Source: Macrostomum hystrix (taxonomy: Eukaryota; Animalia; Platyhelminthes). From it: a stretch of 64,000 nt of DNA. A model generated the notes under the pieces. That model had not been told where the DNA came from and did no database searches. It was given only the letters and a program-made list of their open reading frames with translations. Positions 29,525-39,892 of this stretch are shown here, piece by piece. Location: assembly GCA_950097015.1 (NCBI GenBank), contig CATNEN010000001.1, positions 9,672,001 through 9,736,000 on the forward strand. The letters run 5' to 3'. Numbering within the stretch: the stretch's first letter is position 1; each line of letters opens with the position of its first letter. A program made the position numbers and the translations under genes.

Positions 29525-32500
29525 CTAATCGTACTCCGAGCCAATGGTGACACTGAAGTCTCCGGGATACACGTAGGTGGCGTGGTACCACCGGTTGGTG
29601 TCGATGTTGACTGAAATTGTATGGCTTTGTTGCTTATAAATGAAAAAAACTATGAGTAATTATAGTGACAATACCCTGTCTACCTCAGAATCTCACCTGA
29701 AAACTACAGTATCTCACCTGTCTACCTCATTATCTCACCTTTCTACTACAGTATCTCCCCTTTCTATTGCAGTATCTCACCTGTCAACTATAGTATCTAA
29801 CCTGTCTACTACAGTATCTCACCTGTCAACTACAGTATCTCACCTGTCTACTACAATATCTCCCCCTTCTTCTGCAGTATCTCACCTGTCTACTACAGTA
29901 TCTCACCTGTCTACTACAGTATCTCACCTGTCTACTACAGTATCTCACCTGTCTACCTCAGTATCTCCCCTGTCTACCTCAGTATCTCACCTGTCAACTA
30001 CAGTATCTCACCTGTCTACTACAGTATCTCACCTGTGTACCTCAGTATCTCACCTGTCTACTTCAGTATCTCACCTGTCTACCTGAGTATCTCACCTGTC
30101 TACTACAGTATCTCACCTGTCTACTACAGTATCTCACCTGTCTACTACAGTATCTCACCTGTCTACCTCAGTATCTCACCTGTCTACCCCAGTATCTCAC
30201 CTGTCTACTACGGTATCTCACCTGTCTACCTCAGTATCTCACCTGTCTACCTCAGTATCTCACCTGTCTACTACAATATCTCCCCCTTCTTCTGCAGTAT
30301 CTCACCTGTCTACTACAGTATCTCACCTGTCTACTACAGTATCTCACCTGTCTACTACAGTATCTCACCTGTCTACCTCAGTATCTCCCCTGTCTACCTC
30401 AGTATCTCACCTGTCTACTTCAGTATCTCACCTGTCTACTTCAGTATCTCACATGTCTACTTCAGTATCTCACATGTCTACTCAAATTTCCCATTTGTAC
30501 ACCTATTGTTCCATCTGTACATCCCACTGTCTCGCCTGTCTACCGCCACTCTCCTACCAATCTTTCACCGGTGTAGAATGTCAATAAAACGCAGCAATAT
30601 CCCACGCTACTCACTAATATCGCCAGGATGCACGGTGACATTGAACGAATGACAGACGCTCATGCACTCGGGCGACGGCACAACCTCCCAGATTTTTCGA
30701 CCCTTGATCTGGGCCTGCCACGAAGGACGGCTGACGTAATCAATCTGCGATGGTGTAAACGATTGTCGAGGGTAATACACTAGATTGAACATGTAAGACA
30801 CTAGCAGGTAAGCAGGTAAGACACCACATTGAACGGGTAAGTCACCACATTGAACAGGTAAGACACCACATTGAACGGGTAAGACACCACATTGAACAGG
30901 TAAGACACCACATTGAACAGGTAAGACACCACATTGAACAGGTAAGACACCACATTGAACAGGTAAGACACCACATTGAACAGGTAAGACACCACATTGA
31001 ACAGGTAAGACACCACATTGAACAGGTAAGACACCACATTGAACAGGTAAGACACCACATTGAACAGGTAAGACACCACATTGAACAGGTAAGACACCAC
31101 ATTGAACAGGTAAAATACCACGTTGAACTCACATGCAGCTGAGCGCCCTTCCTCGAGATGCCCATAAACATCCAATCGATGCGGCTCGACTCGGCATCCT
31201 GCGGCAGGAAGGTGGGCCTGCTGTAGTACTCCCGCAGCTGCTGGCCGATGTCATCGTCCGCGTTGCTCCAGCCGAAGTACCAGTCTCGCTGCTGTCGCTC
31301 CTCGCTCATGTGGAGGGCCTCGCGAAGGCTGCCGAATTCAGTTTTGTAGGCAAAGAACTGCCCGGCATCATCCTGGGTCTTGTAGGACTCCGGCTTGGAG
31401 TCGTACAGATTCTTGAAGAATTCAAGACTGAAGTTCTGCAGCGCCTTCCAGTCTTTGATCACACTTTTAATTAGCACCGGCCGAGCTGTGTAGGCGTACC
31501 TGGCCAAGAGATCCGGAGTTCGATTCTTAGCCCAAGAAAAAAAGTCATAAGTCCGACGCTCTAACCACCAGGCTACAACCTCTTTTTAACATCCAATTGT
31601 GCAATGGGAGATTGTTCCATAATTTTGAAATTTTAGTTGGTTCTTGCGAGTTTGCGCAGCAGCTGTGACTGTGTTTCAGGTGTGAATTTTATCTATCTGT
31701 TAAGAAAAGTTAGTAGACTAGACAGGTTAGATTTTTAGAGTCAAAAAAGTACTGAGGTAGATAAAAAGTGTCGGTAGATTAATCGAGAAGTTTATTATGG
31801 GCCGAGCAGTACGCAGGTACATATAGATAGCAGTAGTAGCTATTAGCAATTTAGCTCGTATTGATTATTAAGGGGTTGTAGCCTAGCGTTAGAGCGTCGG
31901 ACTCACGACTTGAAGGTCGGGGGTTCGATTTCCGTATTAATTGAAACAGTAAGTGTAATTTAGCAAAAAACATAACTCTGCATTGCTTCAGTTCAGCCAG
32001 CTGTTAAATGGGTACCAGAATTAGCTGGGGTAATAATTGAGGGTGGGTGTGGCGACCTCCCAGTCCATGGACTGAACAGCCGTAAGCAGTCATACGCACT
32101 CACTGCACAACCAAGTACATACTGGCTAGGCAGGCCTGAGCATAGACTCACTTCTGTAGAAACAGCTCCCTAGTCATATTGTGCTCAACCGGCATTTCGC
32201 GCATGTCGCGGCACATTTCGCAATTCACAGGCGCCCTGGACATCTCCATGATGGCGTCCTCGGCTGACAGGATGCACCGCTGATTCACCGTCTCCGAGAC
32301 GAAGTCCATCACGTTGAAATAGTCGTTACGATGGCCGTGGATCAGCAAGCAGACGGTGAAGAATGCCAGCAGACTCCAGCAGGAAATCACGTCGAGGCCC
32401 AGCATGCTGCGCCAGTTGAAATAGCTCGCCGATTTCTTAGCCTTAGTCGGCGTCTTTGAGTCGACGCCGGATTTAACGGATTTCAGGCGAGCCTCGGAGC

Positions 32501-32669
32501 GGGCCAGCTGCACTTTGAGCAGAGCGTAGCGAGCCAACTCTTCGGCAGTGTGCTCACTGGACTCAGGATCAGCCGAGCCGGACTTGGCGCCGGCATCCCG
32601 CACCGCTGCCACCAGATCGTCCAGAAACTTCTGCCTGCGATCTGTATCGCTGCCCGCATCCGTTGACAT
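29525..32669 (-). CDS. JmjC/cupin-fold oxygenase-like protein, copy B (366 aa). Exons 32669-32152, 31499-31133, 30744-30615, 29610-29525
   Basis: Same exon lengths and splice sites as copy A. C-terminus INIDTNRWYHATYVYPGDFSVTIGSEYD* and QFFAYKTEF are closer to the recalled invertebrate family pattern (QFFPYKT; LDTNxWYHxT..ITIGxEYD). Confidence 0.87.
29675..30482. repeat. 21-bp minisatellite (copy B intron 3)
   Basis: Same unit as 24725-25300. Confidence 0.95.
30782..31122. repeat. 21-bp minisatellite (copy B intron 2)
   Basis: Same unit as 25600-26005. Confidence 0.94.
31871..32093 (+). mobile_element. SINE family 2, 3'-truncated, in JmjC copy B intron 1
   Basis: Paralogous to 26752-26971. 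Confidence 0.8.
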
Positions 32670-33394
32670 TGTCGCTTCTTTGTTACAATTTCGTGGAAAA
32701 GCTCCAAAGAAACTCAATTTTACTAGCAACACAAACAGGTAAGGCCTGTTTAAATATACTACCTCACAATGACTGAGCTCTACTGGGTGGGGCATTTAAG
32801 TAAAAGATTTCATTGCTTTTCCGGTTGGACAAACAGACTGAGGATAGAGAGACAACTAAAGACACAGGAGGCAGAGAGAGATAAGCGAAGATTTTCTACC
32901 TAAGTGAACGTGTTGCACAGTTCACTTAATGCACACCAACAAGAGACGCAGCCACGCAAAGCAGCACAACGCGAATATTTTTGCACAAGTCTTCTTCTTC
33001 ACGCAGGTAACAATCGGAATGAGAACTGATGGCTGCGGGGGGTGTCCACCCCAACACGTTTTCACTAACGCACGCGTTTGTTCCTGCAGGCCGAGAGAGA
33101 CAACAATGAATATGGACATTGTCCCTTGGTTTGCTCTAGGTATAACCCATTCCAGACACACTGGGTGTGTTATATAATACTATATATCCAACATTTCTAT
33201 TGTGTCAAGAGCAGAAACTTTTCGAGCGATTGTTATCAACAAGACTGTTTACTTACCTTGATACTTAGCTTCAAAGCAAATAAAAATATCAGTTTCGTGT
33301 ATTTTTTATTCTCGACCTTTGATTGAACTCTACACTACTTCAGTTTGGTTAAAACACCAGCCAAATTATTATAATAATTTATTTTTATTATTTA

Positions 33395-35862
33395 CTGTGT
33401 CTCATCTCTCCGGTGTCCTACCTTTCCTGTGTCTAATCTCTCCCGTGTCTTACCTTTCCTGTGTCTCATCTCTCCCGTGTCTTACCTTTCCTGTGTCTAA
33501 TCTCTCCCGTGTCTTACCTTTCCTGTGTCTCATCTCTCCCGTGTCTAATCTCTAGCGTGTCTCATATCGCTCAATTCTCATCTCTCCCGTGTCTTACCTT
33601 TCCTGTGTCTCATCTCTCCGGTGTCTTACCTTTCCTGTGTCTAATCTCTCCCGTGTCTTACCTTTCCTGTGTCTCATCTCTCCCGTGTCTAATCTCTAGC
33701 GTGTCTTCTCATATCTCTCAATTCTCATCTCTCCCGTGTCGTATCTTTCCTGTGTCTCATTTCTCCCGTGTCTTATCTTTCCTGTGTCTCATCTCTCCCG
33801 TGTCTTTTCTTTCCTGTGTCTTATCTCTCCCGTGTCTCATCTCTCCCGTGTCTTTTCTTTCCTGTGTCTTATCTCTCCCGTGTCTCATCTCTCCCGTGTC
33901 TTTTCTTTCCTGTGTCTTATCTCTCCCGTGTCTCATCTTTCCTGTGTCTCATCTCTCCCGTGTCTTTTCTTTCCTGTGTCTCATCTCTCCCGTGTCTTTT
34001 CTTTCCTGTGTCTTATCTCTCCCGTGTCTTATCTTTCCTGTGTCTCATCTCTCCCGTGTCTTTTCTTTCCTGTGTCTCATCTCTCCCGTGTCTTTTCTTT
34101 CCTGTGTCTTATCTCTCCCGTGTCTCATCTCTCCCGTGTCTTTTCTTTCCTGTGTCTCATCTCTCCCGTGTCTTACCTTTCCTGTGTCTCATCTCTCCCG
34201 TGTCTTACCTTTCCTGTGTCTCATCTCTCCCGTGTCTTACCTTTCCTGTGTCTCATCTCTCCCGTGTCTTACCTTTCCTGTGTCTTATCTCTCCCGTGTC
34301 TTACCTTTCCTGTGTCTCATCTCTCCCGTGTCTCATCTCTCCCGTGTCTTTTCTTTCCTGTGTCTCATCTCTCCCGTGTCTTTTCTTTCCTGTGCCTTAT
34401 CTCTCCCGTGTCTCATCTCTCCCGTGTCTTTTCTTTCCTGTGTCTCATCTCTCCCGTGTCTTACCTTTCCTGTGTCTCATCTCTCCCGTGTCTTACCTTT
34501 CCTGTGTCTCATCTCTCCCGTGTCTTACCTTTCCTGTGTCTCATCTCTCCCGTGTCTTACCTTTCCTGTGTCTTATCTCTCCCGTGTCTTACCTTTCCTG
34601 TGTCTCATCTCTCCCGTGTCTCATCTCTCCCGTGTCTTACCTTTCCTGTGTCTCATCTCTCCCGTGTCTTACCTTTCCTGTGTCTTATCTCTCCCGTGTC
34701 TTACCTTTCCTGTGTCTCATCTCTCCCGTGTCTCATCTCTCCCGTGTCTTTTCTTTCCTGTGTCTCATCTCTCCCGTGTCTTTTCTTTCCTGTGTCTCAT
34801 CTCTCCCGTGTCTTTTCTTTCCTGTGTCTCATCTCTCCCGTGTCTTTTCTTTCCTGTGTCTCATCTCTCCCGTGTCTTACCTTTCCTGTGTCTCATCTCT
34901 CCCGTGTCTTACCTTTCCTGTGTCTTATCTCTCCCGTGTCTTACCTTTCCTGTGTCTCATCTCTCCCGTGTCTCATCTCTCCCGTGTCTTTTCTTTCCTG
35001 TGTCTCATCTCTCCCGTGTCTTTTCTTTCCTGTGTCTCATCTCTCCCGTGTCTTTTCTTTCCTGTGTCTCATCTCTCCCGTGTCTTTTCTTTCCTGTGTC
35101 TCATCTCTCCCGTGTCTTACCTTTCCTGTGTCTCATCTCTCCCGTGTCTTACCTTTCCTGTGTCTCATCTCTCCCGTGTCTTTTCTTTCCTGTGTCTCAT
35201 CTCTCCCGTGTCTTTTCTTTCCTGTGTCTCATCTCTCCCGTGTCTTACCTTTCCTGTGTCTCATCTCTCCCGTGTCTTACCTTTCCTGTGTCTCATCTCT
35301 CCCGTGTCTTACCTTTCCTGTGTCTTATCTCTCCCGTGTCTTACCTTTCCTGTGTCTCATCTCTCCCGTGTCTCATCTCTCCCGTGTCTTACCTTTCCTG
35401 TGTCTCATCTCTCCCGTGTCTTACCTTTCCTGTGTCTTATCTCTCCCGTGTCTTACCTTTCCTGTGTCTCATCTCTCCCGTGTCTCATCTCTCCCGTGTC
35501 TTTTCTTTCCTGTGTCTCATCTCTCCCGTGTCTTTTCTTTCCTGTGTCTCATCTCTCCCGTGTCTTACCTTTCCTGTGTCTCATCTCTCCCGTGTCTTTT
35601 CTTTCCTGTGTCTCATCTCTCCCGTGTCTTTTCTTTCCTGTGTCTCATCTCTCCCGTGTCTTTTCTTTCCTGTGTCTCATCTCTCCCGTGTCTTTTCTTT
35701 CCTGTGTCTCATCTCTCCCGTGTCTTACCTTTCCTGTGTCTCATCTCTCCCGTGTCTTTTCTTTCCTGTGTCTCATCTCTCCCGTGTCTTTTCTTTCCCG
35801 TGTCTCATCTCTCCCGTGTCTTTTCTTTCCTGTGTCTCATCTCTCGCGTGTCTTATCTCTCC
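33395..35862. repeat. 16-bp family array with a 32-bp dimer TCTCATCTCTCCCGTG-TCTTACCTTTCCTGTG
   Basis: Direct tandem units; source of the 700-860 aa pseudo-ORFs. Confidence 0.97.
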
Positions 35863-36712
35863 TCAGCCTCCCCTATATATCCCCTTAACCCTACCTCAAG
35901 TTTTTCATCTCAACCTCGTCTCATCGCTCCCGTTTCTCATTCCTCCGTATCTCCCCCAGTCTTATCTCTCCCCTGTCCCTTACTTAATCTCTCTACCGTC
36001 TCATCCCCAACTTAACCTAATCTACAGACTAGTATAGAAAGCAGAATTCAAACACTACAAGCACAAAAAACGTATTTCAATCAATGTAATAAGTTGAGTA
36101 AATTACTGTTACCAATAAAGAACTTATATATTTGATTTTTAATTGACAAATTTACGTAAAATGAGAAGCATAAACTACGAAACTAAATATAGCGGATTTT
36201 AATTTCTTTAAAAAAAACTAGTAGTATGAATGGAGTATATGTGCAGAAATTTAAATTTCGTACTTAAGGACTCAGGATATCAAGGCGCAATTTTGAAATC
36301 GACTGGGAAAAATGACAAATAATGTTGTTAGCAATAAACAATAGACAACATTAATTAGCTTTCAAATATATATTAAGAATGTTTATATTCCTTCTAAATC
36401 TAGTTTCGAATTAAAATCAGTAAACATTTAGTGTCACTACGAAATTTAACCTAATATATATAAACAGAGTGAAACATAATTAGTTTGCGGTGTAGTATTA
36501 TGCATGAGACATGGAGGTTCATCATTCAAACAAAAATTATTTAAAATAAACTTTTTTCTCGCCTTAACTACTCTACTATGAGTAGGCCAGTTTGCATTTT
36601 TCATTAACGGACTCGTAAATAAATTAATCAGAAAATGAATCACGCTCAGTCTTAGTTTTATTTCCGACATCAGTTGAACAGTTTTAACCATAAACTATTT
36701 CCCATTAGTCAA

Positions 36713-39179
36713 TCAGTCATTAAACAGGAGGTCCTGATCAACCTGCTTCTCAAGCAGACTGGCTGGTCCGTCCAAGAGATCAGCGCCCTTAGCCTTGGCC
36801 TCGGCCTCCTTCTTAGCTCTGGCCTTTTTCTTCTTCTCCTGAACCTTCTTGAGCCGGTAGAATTCCTCGCGTTCTCTCTCGTCTAATTCCTGGCTGATGT
36901 AGGTCAGGGTGTTCTCAATGCGCGGAATGATCACGTGCTCGATGGCGTTAACGCGACGATTGGTCACCTGAAAGATTTGGGTGGTTTAGTATCGACTTGA
37001 GACCAATCAGAAACAGGATATAGATAGAAACCCTGACACACAGAAAATGGAAGTGACAGCCCTGAGTACTGGGGGTACTGAGTACAGGAGTATAGGCACT
37101 GAAAAAATGGGGATTTGTCCTAAAAATGGGGTTGTGTTCCTGAAGCAATGGGAGTAGCTTCCTGAAGAAATGGGTGTAGTGTCCTGAAGAAATGGGTGTA
37201 GTGTCCTGAAGAAATGGGTGTAGTGTCCTGAAGAGATGGGTGTAGTGTCCTGAAGAAATGGGTGTAGTGTCCTGAAGAAATGGGTGTAGCTTCCTGAATA
37301 AATTGGTGTAGCTTCCTGAAGAAATGGGAGTAGCTTCCTGAAGAAATGGGTGTAGCTTCCTGAAGAAATGGGCGTAGCTTCCTGAAGCAATGGGAGTAGC
37401 TTCCTGAAGAAATGCGAGTAGATTCCTGAAGAAATGGGCGTAGCTTCCTGAAGAAATGCGAGTAGCTTCCTGAAGAAATGGGAGTAGCTTCCTGAAGAAA
37501 TGCGAGTAGCTTCCTGAAGAAATGCGAGTAGCTTCCTGAAGAAATGGGAGTAGCTTCCTGAAGAAATTCGAGTAGCTTCCTGAAGAAATGGGAGTAGCTT
37601 CCTGAAGAAACGGGAGTAGCTTCCTGAAGAAATGGGAGTAGCTTCCTGAAGAAATGGGAGTAGCTTCCTGAAGAAACGGGAGTAGCTTCCTGAAGAAAGG
37701 CGGATAGAGGCCTTGATGAAACGGAAGCTGAATAGCACGGCGATCACCAACCTTGATAACATCGTCCAGAGTGATGAAAGAGGTCTGCAACGAGGCCAGT
37801 TTAACCAGCAGTCGAACCGCCTTGGCATAGTGCTTCTTTAATGTGGCAATCTGCTGGCCGCCGCGGGCCAAGCCGGTCAGGTTGTAGGCGTCGCCACCAT
37901 CAGCGTAGGGCTCAAACACAGGCAGTGTAACGCCAGCAATGTTGTCCTTGTTAGTCTTGATTTTAATTTGAGCTCGGGACACATTCTGCAGCACAGTGTG
38001 ATTGATGTTGTCACCGGTGGCAAACTTCACTTCGGCTAGGGAGAAGGCAGCTTCCTTCATGGCCTCGCCCATGACCTGCTTGGTCTGCAATTATTTTACT
38101 AGATAATTTAGACATTATGAAAGTCTTTAATACTCAAAAATTGTATTTATGTAAGGGCTTTTTATGCTTTGAATGTGAATTGATAGATAGTTGTTTTAAA
38201 TACAAGGTCAAATTTGAAATCCATGATATTTTGTTAGACAACTTTTACCAATTTCAAAAAGGGTTTTACTTGAAAGCCATGTGATAATTAGAGTTTTTAG
38301 AACATCCAACAGTTATAATTACACAAATACTTGAAGCATGATTTTTATTTGATTGAACATATGACATCAAAACAAAAATGTTACATGGGAGTTTTTTGTG
38401 CAAAATATTGCCATTTTGTGGAAAATCATATGTTCTATTTATGAGTTTATTAAGTATATAGATAGTAAGTAGCCTGTGAGTAATATAAGCAAAACAACAA
38501 GCTTACCTCAATAATTTGTTTAAGAATTTCTCGAAACTTGAAGGTCAAGGCATCCACTTTCTTTTTCAGCAGGCTATGACCTTTCTGTGCACCAAGAAGT
38601 CTGGCCTTCATCAAAGTCTGTGCCCTTTATAATGAAAAAGTGTGTATAAATATAAAATTAGAACTCCTAAATCATAAATTATTAGGATAAATTAATATTT
38701 TAATAACATAGACTTTATAAACAATATCATAGAAAAAGTAAAAAAACTGTCGTTTTTTTCTACTGAACACAGTAAAAAAAAAATTAGCAAAATATTTGCA
38801 TTCTAAATGAGAAATTTCGCTACCAATTTTCTTAGATTGGTAACCTAGTTATTGTGTTGTGTGAGTGAATCTTTCTTAACTTTGACTTTAGTTAGGCCCT
38901 TAGGTTTACTTGCCTACATATATAGCTAGCCCTAATTTTTAGAAAATGCAAAAGCAACAAAACTATGTCTATAACATGATAAAAAGCGACACTAAACTTT
39001 AAACCGCTGGCAGAGATGCCTTTACTGCCTTCTTTCCGCCATTTTAAATTGCTTGCTGAATCGGCATGTCAAATTTATAAACAGAAAGACGGAAAGCAAG
39101 TAATAAATGGTAGCGGGTGGCTAATTACAACAGTAACTTACATGCGCGATGGGAAAACATTAATTCGATCCTTCGACAT
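36713..39179 (-). CDS. ATP6V1D: V-type proton ATPase subunit D. Exons 39179-39142, 38624-38507, 38084-37752, 36967-36713
   Basis: Spliced product [131 protein letters not shown]. All junctions are GT-AG and in phase. Confidence 0.97.
37135..37698. repeat. 22-bp minisatellite GTAGCTTCCTGAAGAAATGGGA (V-ATPase D intron 3)
   Basis: Direct tandem units. Confidence 0.95.
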
Positions 39180-39892
39180 TCTCGAATGAGAAAGTAAGAG
39201 AAATTATTTGGAATGTGATGACAATCAAAAGAAAAACTACTCCAGCATATGATAAGGGTACTGTTCGCTTTTTGTCTGTGTTTTAAGTTGTCAACTTTGC
39301 GTTCTCTGTTTCTTGTATTTTTTGTTTTTTAAATTTAGCATGAAAATAAACCAAAGTTTAAGCCTAAGTTAAAAGATTTTACAAGAAATGTACTTTCACA
39401 TGTAAAAAAGTTTTCTTTACTGCAGTTTTTGCTGTTTTACATATAGATATACACAAAAATTAAGTCTGACTTAGTGACTTAAGTCTGATTTGAACTTCTG
39501 AACGAGAACATTTTACTTTTTCGTGCAACGTAACATGCTAACTATATATTTTTGCATGCTTCCTACAATTTGTAGCCTGTATGTGTAGCCTGCCAAAATA
39601 ACTTAGTGGCTTTTTTATATTTTGTCAGCTCTAATAATAATTTTAATTTTTCTATTTCAATGACCTTTAATTTACCACTTTTTCGATGCATGACAATTAC
39701 AAAGACCGCTACAGTTATGACTGACTCCACGGACGAGAGGAGATCGCCAAATTGCGTTCTTTATAAATGTTCCAGATTGAGGTGGAGATTGACTCTTGCG
39801 TTCCAGTGGGTAGGAGAAGTAGAGGTTTTTACAGGATATCATTTCAATAAATGCTTTGTACCGAATATGGAGCTTATTTAAACAAAGCGACG

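Noticed and set aside
22975-33122. Duplication as a pure assembly artefact
   Set aside because: Copies differ by clustered coding changes, a 380-bp indel and a unique junction insert. Long-read confirmation is still needed.
33461-36037. Long ORFs of 706-858 aa, and similar ORFs at 4.1, 5.0, 8.3, 10, 11.4, 16.4, 20, 24.7, 47.9 and 56.5 kb
   Set aside because: Translations of stop-free tandem repeats, often open in several frames at once and lying in introns or spacers.
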